Shown piece by piece: positions 29,946-40,131 of a stretch of 63,293 bases of DNA (its first letter is position 1; each line of letters begins with the position of its first letter). Below the pieces are notes generated by a model. It was not told where the DNA came from, did no database searches, and saw only the letters and a program-made list of their open reading frames with translations. Source of the DNA: a virus; the UHGV virus genome UHGV-0247968; one strand, 5' to 3'. Made by a program: the position numbers and the translations under genes.

Positions 29946-30602
29946 TTAAAGGGCTCTGCCGAACCCCATCTTGATGATTCCGCGTTGTCCTTGCAAGGCA
30001 GCGTCCTGGGCCAGTTTGCCCAGCATACGCCGGAACTCGGCATACAATTCGCTGCCGACTTTGAGATTGGTCCACGGACGACCTGTGATGAGCATGATGG
30101 AAGCACGCGTCCCCATGATGAGGGCAGGAAAAAGTTCATGCTCGAACTGGCTCGGAAGAGCGCAGCTATTGCGCCCAGGGACCACACCCATGGACACGCG
30201 AAGTTCTCCGCCACAGTCGCACATGCACGCATGGAGAACTTGTTCGTCAGGGTCATACCAGACCTTGTCCCCATGCAAACGGGGCCACTCTTCTGTGGCT
30301 ACGAGAGTTCTGCGTACATCATGGAGGCAACTGTCGCCGCTTGTCGGATGATGCGAAACGCCTGTCAGGGCCGTCATTTCCATCCCATCAGGCGATTTCA
30401 CTGCATACCGAGTGACCCCAGGCTGCAATTTGATTCGCACCGTCCGCGTCACAAGGGGCGCCTTGCGGCACATCTCGATGGCAGTACGGAGCAAGTAATA
30501 GTCGAACAGCTCCGCCGGAAGGTCTTTCCATTCGAACCGCAGTTCGGCATGGAACTCACTTAGCGGCGTTGTTGGAAACGGCTCGTACACGACCATCAGC
30601 AT
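29946..30602 (-). CDS. hypothetical structural protein
   Basis: ATG at 30602 after GGAGGAAA. Overlaps the 3' end of the upstream gene. Confidence 0.4.
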   Translation of the reverse strand: MLMVVYEPFPTTPLSEFHAELRFEWKDLPAELFDYYLLRTAIEMCRKAPLVTRTVRIKLQPGVTRYAVKSPDGMEMTALTGVSHHPTSGDSCLHDVRRTLVATEEWPRLHGDKVWYDPDEQVLHACMCDCGGELRVSMGVVPGRNSCALPSQFEHELFPALIMGTRASIMLITGRPWTNLKVGSELYAEFRRMLGKLAQDAALQGQRGIIKMGFGRAL

Positions 30603-31245
30603 TTTCCTCCAGCAGTCTGCGGGCTGTCTCAGCTTCGACCAGCTTGAAATAGGTATCTCTGTGAGATGCCGCAAGCTGCGTGATGGTGGGGTTGTTCTCA
30701 CTGTCCATGCTCAGGGCCCTGTACAGCATCCACTGCTTGACCATAGGCACGAGTGCGGCAGGGACATCGGTGTCGTCATCATACCCATCAGGGATGACAT
30801 AGCACTCCACGAGGACATAGTGGTCGACGCGGTCAGACCGCGATACTCCGGGATATACCCGAAACATATTGTCCACCGTGGCACTGATGGAATACCCGGT
30901 AAGGGCCCCGCCGCTGTGACACTTCGAAGCAGGGCCGCTCCAGGTGTTGTCTTCATCATCGGTCACACGGGACAGCTTGCGGAGAATCTGCTGCCCGTCC
31001 CGTGTGACTTCACCCAGGATACGTTCGATACGCTCGCAATCGCAGGTCTTCTGCCATACTTCTCCAGGAACCAGCTTCACGATTTTGTGTTGCATGAATC
31101 TGTCGCTGAAGCGTTCGCTCACCATGAGCAGGGCTTCGGCCAGATAAGACTGCAACTGGGGATACACCCAATGCGTGAAGGCATACCCGGGTTCCTGGTC
31201 ATTGAGGTCCCGGGATACTTCCAGGATGATGGTAGATACCTTCAT
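30556..31245 (-). CDS. hypothetical structural protein
   Basis: ORF. Confidence 0.4.
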   Translation of the reverse strand: MKVSTIILEVSRDLNDQEPGYAFTHWVYPQLQSYLAEALLMVSERFSDRFMQHKIVKLVPGEVWQKTCDCERIERILGEVTRDGQQILRKLSRVTDDEDNTWSGPASKCHSGGALTGYSISATVDNMFRVYPGVSRSDRVDHYVLVECYVIPDGYDDDTDVPAALVPMVKQWMLYRALSMDSENNPTITQLAASHRDTYFKLVEAETARRLLEENADGRVRAVSNNAAK

Positions 31246-31251
31246 GGAAGA

Positions 31252-31755
31252 TTACTCCGCAGACTGGAGCAGGGCCGCGATGTCGGCCTCGATACCGTGG
31301 TAGTAGTTGTCGAGAGGCTGGGCCGCGTAGGGCATACGGGTAGCTTCTTCGACGCTTTTCGAGGTCGTGATTTCTTCCATCGTGGGCTTATGCTCACCAG
31401 AAAACGTCTGGGCCTGTTTGATGACCGTGGCATGCGCTTCGGCCAGCAGAGCGTCACGTTCGGCAGGCGTGTATTCCGCCGGATTGACGGTGGTAAGCCA
31501 CGCCTTGGGGTCCGTGTTGCCGTTGCTATCGCAGCATTCCATGATGTCACGCTGCTCGGCCAGTGTCGCATCCCAAGGGAAGACGATACCGTTCTTCTTG
31601 CTGCGCAGGTGCGAAGAACGCGGCAACGGAGGAACCGCGTTCTTCGCACCTGCGGTGTAAAGGGCTTGCTGCCGTGCAGTGGTGTCACGGATATCGAGGA
31701 TGTTATGCAAGTCCTGGGGCGGGACAGGGGTGGCATCGGCAAGAGGCTGATACAT
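31252..31755 (-). CDS. hypothetical structural protein
   Basis: ORF. Confidence 0.4.
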   Translation of the reverse strand: MYQPLADATPVPPQDLHNILDIRDTTARQQALYTAGAKNAVPPLPRSSHLRSKKNGIVFPWDATLAEQRDIMECCDSNGNTDPKAWLTTVNPAEYTPAERDALLAEAHATVIKQAQTFSGEHKPTMEEITTSKSVEEATRMPYAAQPLDNYYHGIEADIAALLQSAE

Positions 31756-31793
31756 AGTGCTGTTCTCCTTTGTATGGGTGGAGGGTATGGAAC

Positions 31794-32015
31794 CTACGCA
31801 GACGGCTTCTTCAGGAAAGCCGAGCCGGGGTCGTTACCGAAGCCGGTACTGGCGACCCGCAGCCCCATGATGGTGCGCCTGGCATCTTCAGAACTGTTGG
31901 ACAGCTCCTTGATGGGGCCAGTCTGCGCCTTGAAACGAGGGGTAAAGGTACTGCCTCCGGAAACCGTATCCTTGGACGCGGGCCCGGTGGCCTTGGTGTT
32001 GGCGACGTTAGCCAT
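31794..32015 (-). CDS. small structural protein
   Basis: ORF. Confidence 0.35.
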   Translation of the reverse strand: MANVANTKATGPASKDTVSGGSTFTPRFKAQTGPIKELSNSSEDARRTIMGLRVASTGFGNDPGSAFLKKPSA

Positions 32016-32027
32016 GGCAATTCCTCC

Positions 32028-32849
32028 TTAGCCGACCTGCGTGGAGCCTTCGAAGGCGAACAGCTTGGCCGACATGTACACGGCGATGTTGGACTTCCAC
32101 ACGGCCTTGAGGCGTTCAGCATCACCGGCCACGAACTTGTAGCCCAGCAGCACCGCGCCGTAGTATTCGTCAAGACCTTCGGTGGCATTGCCCTGTTCGT
32201 CGTATTTCACCATGTTATGCCCGAAGGTGCAAGGCACAGAACCCAGCGCCTTGGATTCGGTGGTGGTCTCCACACCGGTCACATTGTTGGCTTCGCCCTG
32301 CACGGTAGATGTGGACGTGGAAGACACTTCAGGCATACCCAGGCGGGCAAGACCCCACAGCTTGTCGCCTTCTTCGGGGGTGCCCAGCGGGAACTGCGTG
32401 ATGCCGCTGTTGGTCAGGGCCGTGTCGAAGTCAGCGATTTCTTCGTACTTCCAGTCTTCGGTGGAGAAGTCCCACGAGACACGCATGGCGCACGGTTTGA
32501 TGTACACACCATCCAGATTTTTGTCCGTAGCAGACACTTCGTAATGGATGGCTTCGACCCAGGCCCGCAGCGGGACCCAGTTGAGCATGATGGTATCACC
32601 GACAGCGGCAACTTTCTTCAGTGCAGTGCGCATCCAGTTGTGGCCGTAGGTATCCGCCAGATTGGGCACCAGAGGGAAATGGAGGTTGAGATAACCCTGC
32701 CCATAAGCAGCATCGGCATGGGAGTCATACGGGGGAGTGAAGGCCGCATGAGGGGCGCTGAAAGGCGGCTTGAACTCGGGCCAGTCGCCCCGGCAGAACC
32801 AACCCTTGAAATCGGGCGTACCGCCTCGGAACATATTGATGTTAGCCAT
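32028..32849 (-). CDS. capsid-associated structural protein
   Basis: 273-aa ORF immediately downstream of the putative major capsid gene. Confidence 0.35.
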   Translation of the reverse strand: MANINMFRGGTPDFKGWFCRGDWPEFKPPFSAPHAAFTPPYDSHADAAYGQGYLNLHFPLVPNLADTYGHNWMRTALKKVAAVGDTIMLNWVPLRAWVEAIHYEVSATDKNLDGVYIKPCAMRVSWDFSTEDWKYEEIADFDTALTNSGITQFPLGTPEEGDKLWGLARLGMPEVSSTSTSTVQGEANNVTGVETTTESKALGSVPCTFGHNMVKYDEQGNATEGLDEYYGAVLLGYKFVAGDAERLKAVWKSNIAVYMSAKLFAFEGSTQVG

Positions 32850-32861
32850 TGTCTGGTTCTC

Positions 32862-33815
32862 CTAGTTGATAGGGTCGAAAGTCCAGTAGCCCATCGCAAG
32901 GGCATCGGGGTAGATGACTTCGGCGCCCCAGGCCACGAGGTACTGGTACCGCACACCGAAGCTGTTGGGGTCGCTGGTGTTGAGTCGGGCCTCGATGATG
33001 TTGGAAGCATACGCGGTGGCTTCCTTATGCCCCGCGAGGATGAAGAAACAGAGGCTACCGGACTGGTCGCGCACCACAGGCACATGGATGGATTCGATGA
33101 CCGTGAAGCCCATGAGCGGATGGTCCCACATACCGGACACGATGCCGCCACAGTTACAACTGTACAGGCTGTTGCTGTAGTTGGACATGGCGAGATAGGT
33201 ACGGAGCTGCGGCGGCACGATGATGAACATTTCATTGTCGACCCAGCGCTTGGACTCGATGAGGACGCGCTGGAGGTCGGCCAGAACCTTGGGGAGATTC
33301 TGCGGCGTCACATGCACAGGTTGGCCGGGCTTGCCCAGATTCACGTCCTGGTTCATACCAGCGAGGTCGAGACTCGTGCGCGGAGAAACTTCGGCCATCA
33401 TGCGGCCCAGGACGAAAGTGCGCATGGTGCCCACATACGACTGGTACATGGATTCCAGAAGTTTTTCTTCGTAGCTGGGCCAGCGCTCGCAGGCCATCTT
33501 GATGTCGGTGGAGTCGAACTTGATGTCCTGATAGCCCATGTAGCAAATGCTCAGACAACGCGCCTGCGTGCTGACAGTGTTGGGCACGAGCTGCTGGTTC
33601 TTCTGGTACGAACGCAGCGGGCCCACTTCAGGGGCATACATGAGCTGGATGGTCTGGTTGCATCTGGTCACAGGTTCCAGAAGTTCAGACGCCGTGATAC
33701 GCGGCAGCCAGTCTTTTTCGTACACGCGGGACAGAATGTAGTCGCTGTAGTCGACACGGGCGAGAGGTGTGGCCTCAATGCCGGTGTACCCGCTTGCGCT
33801 GGGGAAAATAGGCAT
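32862..33815 (-). CDS. major capsid protein (candidate)
   Basis: 317-aa ORF directly downstream of the scaffolding-like gene. Confidence 0.45.
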   Translation of the reverse strand: MPIFPSASGYTGIEATPLARVDYSDYILSRVYEKDWLPRITASELLEPVTRCNQTIQLMYAPEVGPLRSYQKNQQLVPNTVSTQARCLSICYMGYQDIKFDSTDIKMACERWPSYEEKLLESMYQSYVGTMRTFVLGRMMAEVSPRTSLDLAGMNQDVNLGKPGQPVHVTPQNLPKVLADLQRVLIESKRWVDNEMFIIVPPQLRTYLAMSNYSNSLYSCNCGGIVSGMWDHPLMGFTVIESIHVPVVRDQSGSLCFFILAGHKEATAYASNIIEARLNTSDPNSFGVRYQYLVAWGAEVIYPDALAMGYWTFDPIN

Positions 33816-33833
33816 GGAAAAGCTCCTTGAAGG

Positions 33834-34820
33834 TTATCCGGCGGCTCGCAGCTCTTTCAGCCGCGTGCGGTATTCATCCGGGGAAATCCGCCGCATTTGG
33901 TACAGGCTGTTGAGTTCAGCCAAGGTAAGAGTGGGTTTGTCGGCAGAAGAAGTCGCCGGAGTAGCGGCCCCACCCGCAACCTGCACAGGCGGCACAGTAG
34001 TGACCTTGCCATTGTCAGGACGGTTCTGTTTGAACTTGTCCACGATGTCGATGACATAGCGCGTGTTACCGGCGTAGAACTCCTGCGTAGCCGCCTGGTC
34101 ACGACTCCGGCTGCTCAGACCGTCAGGTTCCTGGAGATATTGCAGGAAAGCCGGGTCATTGAACAGGCTGTAGAAATCAGGATGCACTTGCAGGATTTCA
34201 CCAGCGTAACGCGCTATCTGCGCCTGCTGCGTAGCGTTGAGCGCTTCGACACGATTGCGTTCGATGGCCTCACGCTGGGCCTTGACTTCAGCCGCGACGC
34301 CGTCAATGGGCTGCTTCAGCATACGCGCCGTCATGGCAGCAATACGACGGGCGTCGGCAGGGTCAACCGTCTCCAGAGCGTTCAACTCATCCGCACCGTC
34401 AAGACTGGCAAGCATGGCCTGCTGCTGTTGGGCGGCTTCGAACTCAGCATTGCGCTTCTGCATCTCGGCCAACTGATTGGCGAGAATATCACGTTCGTGC
34501 GCAAGCTGCTGCATCTGTTGCGTCTGCTGCGTCATAAGCGCAGCCTGGCGCTGCTGCTGGGCCATGAGCGTATAAGGGTCGAGAGGCGGCTGCTGGACCG
34601 GCTGCTGGACCGGCTGCTGGACCGGCTGCTGGACCGGCTGCTGGACCGGCTGCTGGACCGGCTGCTGGACCGGCTGCTGGACCGGCGGCTGCGACTCGGA
34701 CTGGGCCGCTTCCGCTCTGGCGTATTGGTCACGAAAAACCTGTGCCATACCGGGAGTACGCGTAAAGGCAGAAGAGACGGAAGTATTGCCGCCACCAGGT
34801 GCCGCAGGGTTGTTGGACAT
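33834..34820 (-). CDS. scaffolding protein (candidate), coiled-coil, with a (QQPV)x8 repeat
   Basis: ATG at 34820 after AGGAGA. Gln-rich coiled coil. Sits between the portal/unknown genes and the capsid gene. Confidence 0.5.
   Translation of the reverse strand: MSNNPAAPGGGNTSVSSAFTRTPGMAQVFRDQYARAEAAQSESQPPVQQPVQQPVQQPVQQPVQQPVQQPVQQPVQQPPLDPYTLMAQQQRQAALMTQQTQQMQQLAHERDILANQLAEMQKRNAEFEAAQQQQAMLASLDGADELNALETVDPADARRIAAMTARMLKQPIDGVAAEVKAQREAIERNRVEALNATQQAQIARYAGEILQVHPDFYSLFNDPAFLQYLQEPDGLSSRSRDQAATQEFYAGNTRYVIDIVDKFKQNRPDNGKVTTVPPVQVAGGAATPATSSADKPTLTLAELNSLYQMRRISPDEYRTRLKELRAAG
34584..34691 (-). repeat. 12-bp tandem repeat x8 (cagcagccggtc on the coding strand) encoding QQPV
   Basis: ctgctggaccgg x8 on the + strand. 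Confidence 0.9.
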
Positions 34821-34831
34821 AGTGCTTTCTC

Positions 34832-35089
34832 CTACTTGATATATTGTTTCAGGGTGGCGACAATATCCTGAAGCATCAGAACACGCCCCAGAGCCATACA
34901 CCCCGAACCTTTTTTCTGCTCATCGAGCAGAGCCGCATGTGCAAGGGCGTTGCACTCCTTGGATTCTTTTTCCAGCGCGGTTTCGAACAACCCCACCAGA
35001 GAAAGAAGCGCACCCTGATTCGCAGCGAGCGTAGCCAAAAGGTTATCGCCTGCGGATTTGTCGCCCTTAATTGCCAGAAGACGGGACAT
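34832..35089 (-). CDS. small hypothetical protein
   Basis: ORF starts on GTG at 35113; internal ATG at 35089. No clear RBS. Confidence 0.3.
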   Translation of the reverse strand: MSRLLAIKGDKSAGDNLLATLAANQGALLSLVGLFETALEKESKECNALAHAALLDEQKKGSGCMALGRVLMLQDIVATLKQYIK

Positions 35090-35252
35090 AACGCAGTCCG
35101 TTGATAGTGTCACGAACAGACTTGTTGTCGTCAGACGGTCGACGCTGAGGATTCATAACCGTGCCCGGACGACCGGCATTGATACCGACATTGGACGGGG
35201 GAACAGCAGGCTTGCGCGGGGAGTTACCACCGCAACGAGAACATCCCATCAT
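35067..35252 (-). CDS. small basic protein
   Basis: ATGATG preceded by GGAGGTAA. Overlaps the stop of the upstream gene. Confidence 0.45.
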   Translation of the reverse strand: MMGCSRCGGNSPRKPAVPPSNVGINAGRPGTVMNPQRRPSDDNKSVRDTINGLRYVPSSGN

Positions 35253-35497
35253 TTACCTCCATAACGCATGTTATCCATGATACCAGCATACACATGCCCA
35301 TTGTAAGGGCATTCACGCATATGCTGGTCATCACGCAAACGTTGCATGTTGCGCCGCACATACGGCGGCATGTCAGCAGAAGATTCAGCCAAAAACGGAT
35401 TATCCTTAACCAACATGGCAGGATTTTGGGCTTTCTTCTGTGCCTTATCCCATACGCTTTCAGAAGGTAATGCTGCGCAAGAAAACACAGTCGCCAT
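35249..35497 (-). CDS. small hypothetical protein
   Basis: ORF. Confidence 0.4.
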   Translation of the reverse strand: MATVFSCAALPSESVWDKAQKKAQNPAMLVKDNPFLAESSADMPPYVRRNMQRLRDDQHMRECPYNGHVYAGIMDNMRYGGK

Positions 35498-35509
35498 AAC
35501 GTACCCCCT

Positions 35510-35887
35510 TTAGGCGTCGTAGGCAGGAAGCGATTTGCCCCCGAGCTTCACCCAGGAAGACGGTTTACCCAGCAGAGTAGCGCGGTCGCCGATGACCACA
35601 GTGCCAAGGGTGGCACCATCCTGTTCAGTAGGCGCATTGGCAGCTTCGATGGAAGCAGCACGATTCAGCGCATCGGCCAGAGGACGCAGCTCATCAGCAG
35701 ACAGTTTGGTCATAGCGTTGATGATGGTACGCAGACTGGCTTCGTCAATAGACACCAGATTGGTCAGCGTACACCCGCTGAGAACAGAACCGGAGATAGT
35801 GCTGTTCTGGATGTTGGAGGATGTGATAGTGGCATCAATGATGGTGCCACCCTGCATAAGTTCGATAGGACCACAACCAGGAGCCAT
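35510..35887 (-). CDS. hypothetical protein with a beta-helix-like repeat segment
   Basis: IIDATITSSNIQNSTISGSVLSGCTLTNL. Confidence 0.4.
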   Translation of the reverse strand: MAPGCGPIELMQGGTIIDATITSSNIQNSTISGSVLSGCTLTNLVSIDEASLRTIINAMTKLSADELRPLADALNRAASIEAANAPTEQDGATLGTVVIGDRATLLGKPSSWVKLGGKSLPAYDA

Positions 35888-35888
35888 A

Positions 35889-36350
35889 TTAGCCTCCTAT
35901 GAAAATTTCCGGTGCATACACCTGTCCGATGTCGTACAGGTCAGCATAGACATTGGCCTTTCCGACCATGGTGGCATCGTTGAGTTCGAGCTGGTAGGAA
36001 CCAGGAATACCGACAGCCATGACACTGTTACAGAGAGACAGGCTCCACATGCAATTCAGCGTGCTGACAGTAATGTCAGCCACGAGTTCGCTCGAAATGT
36101 TGGCGACATCGACTACCCATCCACTGCAACTCTGCGTCTTGTCCTTGACAGCAGGCAACTTGGAACCCGCAAAATCGTGGATGAGGCGGTGCAGGCAGGC
36201 TTGCATGGGCGTAGCCGCTTCATTCTCGACGCGGAATTTGTACGCATTGAATCCAGATGCCCACAAGACGACCACTTTACCCGGGTGGACAGTAAAGACC
36301 GAGGACAAGACGGTCGTATTTTCAGGTGTCCAAAGAGGTACGACAGCCAT
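35889..36350 (-). CDS. hypothetical structural protein
   Basis: Internal ATG (MAVVPLW) gives a 1-nt TGATG overlap with the upstream gene. The table ORF starts further upstream. Confidence 0.4.
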   Translation of the reverse strand: MAVVPLWTPENTTVLSSVFTVHPGKVVVLWASGFNAYKFRVENEAATPMQACLHRLIHDFAGSKLPAVKDKTQSCSGWVVDVANISSELVADITVSTLNCMWSLSLCNSVMAVGIPGSYQLELNDATMVGKANVYADLYDIGQVYAPEIFIGG

Positions 36351-36604
36351 CAGAAACTCCCCATCATGTAACCGAGGATAGCCCCGTATATGAGCCCGCG
36401 AACAGTATTGCAGCAGATGCAGTCGTTCTGTTTGAACGGGAACAACCACATCCTATAGATAGCGTTGTAAATCTTATTGTCCGGTTTTTCAATATCCGTG
36501 TCGTACAGATACCCGTGACAAAAATTCACGTTGTTACAAAACCAGGCCACAAACTTGTACGCCCAGGTCCCTTTCTTGGGGGAGGGCGTATTCAGCAATT
36601 CCAT
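36350..36604 (-). CDS. small AT-rich moron-like gene: Cys-rich protein with a C-terminal transmembrane helix
   Basis: Local GC well below the flanks. Contains CNNVNFCH...CICCN and GLIYGAILGYMMG. Confidence 0.4.
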   Translation of the reverse strand: MELLNTPSPKKGTWAYKFVAWFCNNVNFCHGYLYDTDIEKPDNKIYNAIYRMWLFPFKQNDCICCNTVRGLIYGAILGYMMGSF

Positions 36605-38580
36605 CAGGCTTCACCTCCTGTGATGTCAGCCGTAACACCGGCACCGGTGGGCGAAGGCGGCGCCGGATTGGGAGCAGACCCAGCTCCCGGCATGACCCCC
36701 ATCGGTGACATCTGCTCCATCTGGCCCAGAACATTGTCGGGAACACCCATAGTACCAAGCAGTGTCTTGAGGCTCCAGGAGATTACAGGGGCCAGATTGA
36801 CCGCCTGACCGAGCGCACCGGCTGCGGCACCGACAGTCTGAAGAATCTCCATGGCCGACTGCTTTTCCATCTCCTTCTTGAGCAGCCCTTCAGCTCCCTT
36901 CGTGATGATATGGCTGTCGCCTTTGACCTCCATGTCTTTGGCAAACAACATGTTGGTATTATACAGCAATTCCCCCAGAGGCTTGAAGACGCCGTAGGCG
37001 ATGTTGTCTGCTGCCGCATGGAGGGCCTTAGTGGCATTGCCTTGCAGCATGGACATGCCACGGAACGTGCGCATGGCCCCGGAACCAACAGCCTCACCAT
37101 GGAGTGCCGCAGGGATATTGGTGACACGGTCAGCAAGCTGCATGAACATTTCCATGAGCTGTGCATACGCCGGGATATTGGAAGGGATATTCGTAAAGCG
37201 GAACGCGGGCATGTTGTTGTTGCCCAGGTCAGAGTCGGACAGGTAAAGACTCCCGGGCACTATCTGCCCGAGCTCACCCTTGCCGATATACGACGCGATG
37301 CGCCTGTAGTCTGCTTCACAGATAGGCGCCGAAGCATTGGCCGCATTGCGCATGAGGTACATAAGACTCGCCATGTAAGCACGTTCGATGTCGCGCAAAC
37401 GCTGGGCGATACCATCACCGGCAATACGGTCTCCGCCAGTACGATAAAAACTCGCGGTATAGACCGGGCGCGTCTGTATCTTGGGGTCGGAGAAGACCCT
37501 CACCTCGATGACGCGCCCCTGTACCAACGAAATCTGGCAGTTATAGAAGTCGCCATCATCAAGGCCCTGGATGTCATATTTTTGCAGTTCCCGGCCAGAC
37601 ATGAGCCCGTAGTGTGTCAGGACCTCGATAGGGCTCACGTTAGAAGACCACAACGCCATATTGCGCTGTCCTTCATCCGGGGCCCGAGACAACCAGCTCA
37701 GGTTGAAGTCTACATTGGGGTCGTCAGCCTGCTTCAAAATGTCCTTGATGTTGGCCGCGATGTAACCGTCGAGCTTGGACGCATTCAACAGCTCGCGCCG
37801 TGTCCAACGGGTACGAGTAAAAATACATGTCCCACGCTGCGTATCAGGACTGTCAGGACTGTAGGCAAAGTCGAAGGGACTTATGGCGCGGAATGTCGGA
37901 AAGACTTCAGTGTCGATACGCGGCTTGTTCTTTCCCCACACGAGACGCGGGGCCCGCGTGATATAGGGGCCAGCGAAAACCGCAAAAGGATAGATGGGGA
38001 ACCATTGCAGGAAGTCGGTGAGAGCTCGATTGAAGCCGCCTTCAGCACACTGGTCGGCCAGCAGCAACATCATGGCGTCGGCAGATTTCTTTGCCTTTTC
38101 CGTTTCTTTGAAATGCATCTCACGCTTCTGCTGCCGGATAGCCTCGATGAGCTGAGAAGCATCTTCGAAACTACCACTCTGGAGTTGCGCTTTTATCTCG
38201 TTGAAAATCTCATCCTGGGCTACAGGAGAAATATCGGGACGCGGCGTGGGCACCACAGTCCAGGGAAGCGAGGCATCCCCGGAACTTGTCATGGCGTCAT
38301 TGAGGTACGAGTTGGCGATGTCGGCTTTCAGAGCAGTCAGGTTGATGTAGGCATCGACACCCAGAGCTTTGGCGCGTTCCTGCGTATCACACGACATGAT
38401 GCCGTTCTGCTGATTCCAGCAGTTCTCAAGCACAGTGCGAAGAGGCTTGCCATTCACAAGCTCAGTAGACTGCCACGACACAGCGCCATTGAACCTGTCC
38501 ATGACGGCATCAGCAAGCGGGTCGTGGGATTTCTCCTTCACGTCCTCGATTTCCAGCATCCAGTTGATAGCGTCGCTCAT
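36604..38580 (-). CDS. portal protein (candidate)
   Basis: 658-aa ORF immediately downstream of the terminase large subunit. Confidence 0.5.
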   Translation of the reverse strand: MSDAINWMLEIEDVKEKSHDPLADAVMDRFNGAVSWQSTELVNGKPLRTVLENCWNQQNGIMSCDTQERAKALGVDAYINLTALKADIANSYLNDAMTSSGDASLPWTVVPTPRPDISPVAQDEIFNEIKAQLQSGSFEDASQLIEAIRQQKREMHFKETEKAKKSADAMMLLLADQCAEGGFNRALTDFLQWFPIYPFAVFAGPYITRAPRLVWGKNKPRIDTEVFPTFRAISPFDFAYSPDSPDTQRGTCIFTRTRWTRRELLNASKLDGYIAANIKDILKQADDPNVDFNLSWLSRAPDEGQRNMALWSSNVSPIEVLTHYGLMSGRELQKYDIQGLDDGDFYNCQISLVQGRVIEVRVFSDPKIQTRPVYTASFYRTGGDRIAGDGIAQRLRDIERAYMASLMYLMRNAANASAPICEADYRRIASYIGKGELGQIVPGSLYLSDSDLGNNNMPAFRFTNIPSNIPAYAQLMEMFMQLADRVTNIPAALHGEAVGSGAMRTFRGMSMLQGNATKALHAAADNIAYGVFKPLGELLYNTNMLFAKDMEVKGDSHIITKGAEGLLKKEMEKQSAMEILQTVGAAAGALGQAVNLAPVISWSLKTLLGTMGVPDNVLGQMEQMSPMGVMPGAGSAPNPAPPSPTGAGVTADITGGEA

Positions 38581-38619
38581 AACTTTCTCCCTATCAAATC
38601 ACACACCTGGGCGTCAATC

Positions 38620-40128
38620 TTACACGACGCTAGACAAAGAACTGCGCCTGCGTATGAGTTCGTCCCTGACGTTCTGCATCGTCGTGTCTTTGTCCATGTT
38701 GTCACCGCGCTGGATGAGAAGTGCTGCGTACTGGAGCGCATCATGCACATGACTCGCATCGTTCTTTTCCGGGCTCGGCGTGTATACGGAGCCCATCGTC
38801 CCGGAAGCCCGCAACTTGCGATAACGGTATTCATGCGAGAACCCGCGAATGAGCATCCGACAGGCAGGGTCAATGAGCAACCCGCCAGCGCGCTGGTTGA
38901 GCATATGCTCAACAGTCTGGATGCGTACCTTGGGATTGTTCGTCAACTCCGTCACAGCCTTGATACCGGCATCAGCAAAACGCTGTTTGGGAGTGACAGC
39001 CTGCCATGAATCCCGTGTGTTGCTCGGGTCGATGGCAGCGACCAGCGGATTCGTGCTGTATCTTCCACGCAACAGCGGTATCAGCATACCATGCAGGAAA
39101 TTCTCGAACCCCTCGTTATCAGCATACAATTCGTCCAGCACACACCATGTCCCGTTGATGTTTTGCAGGATGACCGCAGCAGGATGGATACCAGACTGGT
39201 CGACACCGATGATGATGGGCTGGAAAGGACGCGGTTCTATCGCTTCAGTCGCCACATGGATGTTGATGTTGAAATTCGAGTAGACCGGCTTGCCGTCAAC
39301 GATAGGCACGTCCATCATGCAATACTGGTTGTCGATGATGTCCGTGCGCCCGGTCTTGAGCAAGGCATCTATCTGGTTACGGTAGTACCGCATACCCTGC
39401 TGTTCGGGCGTGAAATCGTCCGGGTCCCCTTCTTCTCTGGCACCCAGATTACGCAGATTTTCCGCGTTCGGGTTCACCTCGTAGGTCACAGCACCCGTGA
39501 CTTCATCGACGTGCTTGAAGGCAGCAGGAGGTTGTCTGAATACCGCCCAGTTAGGCTGCGGGTTACGGATGTACTCATCGAGCCAGGAACCGGGTTCCGG
39601 CTGGTTGAAATCCATGATGGTGCCGCCCCATGAAATACCGCCAAGGTCCTGGGACGGGTAACGTCCGATACGTCCCGTGACAGCGTTATACACCTCCGGC
39701 GAGCAACCCGTGGCTTCATTGAGCCAGGCAAACGTCCAGTTGGCAGACCTCAGCTTGGGGGCATCATCAGCCGTCTTGAGTGCCCACAACTCCAGTTCGA
39801 GAGAGACCTTGGTGCCGTCAGGCAGAGGGATGAAGTAGAACCCGCGCACAGGGGAACCGGAACTGGCGATGGTACCGTATTCGGCGGGCAGCAGTTCAAG
39901 CAGAGATTTGCGCGTGGTGGCGATGAGTTCGGGATACGACGAACGCACGACCCCGACACGGACATACCGTACACCGTCCGGGGCGGGATTCTGGGCACAT
40001 GCACACGTCAGCACATCCGCGACACAGGCACAAGATTTTCCCGACCCGTAAGGACCAATAATCATCTTGAGGTACTTGTCGCAGTTATGCAGGAGCATAC
40101 CGGTAGGCGAAGGAACATAGTTGAACAT
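38620..40128 (-). CDS. terL: terminase large subunit
   Basis: Walker A IIGPYGSGKSCA, Walker B WLNEA. RNase H-like nuclease domain with IIIGVDQSG and SHVHDALQYA. Confidence 0.85.
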   Translation of the reverse strand: MFNYVPSPTGMLLHNCDKYLKMIIGPYGSGKSCACVADVLTCACAQNPAPDGVRYVRVGVVRSSYPELIATTRKSLLELLPAEYGTIASSGSPVRGFYFIPLPDGTKVSLELELWALKTADDAPKLRSANWTFAWLNEATGCSPEVYNAVTGRIGRYPSQDLGGISWGGTIMDFNQPEPGSWLDEYIRNPQPNWAVFRQPPAAFKHVDEVTGAVTYEVNPNAENLRNLGAREEGDPDDFTPEQQGMRYYRNQIDALLKTGRTDIIDNQYCMMDVPIVDGKPVYSNFNINIHVATEAIEPRPFQPIIIGVDQSGIHPAAVILQNINGTWCVLDELYADNEGFENFLHGMLIPLLRGRYSTNPLVAAIDPSNTRDSWQAVTPKQRFADAGIKAVTELTNNPKVRIQTVEHMLNQRAGGLLIDPACRMLIRGFSHEYRYRKLRASGTMGSVYTPSPEKNDASHVHDALQYAALLIQRGDNMDKDTTMQNVRDELIRRRSSLSSVV

Positions 40129-40131
40129 GGT

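Noticed and set aside
29759-29974. 71-aa + strand ORF in the tail intergenic region
   Set aside because: Its ATG overlaps the -10 element of the only plausible promoter. It has no RBS and is Arg/Gly-rich. More likely the body of a non-coding RNA.
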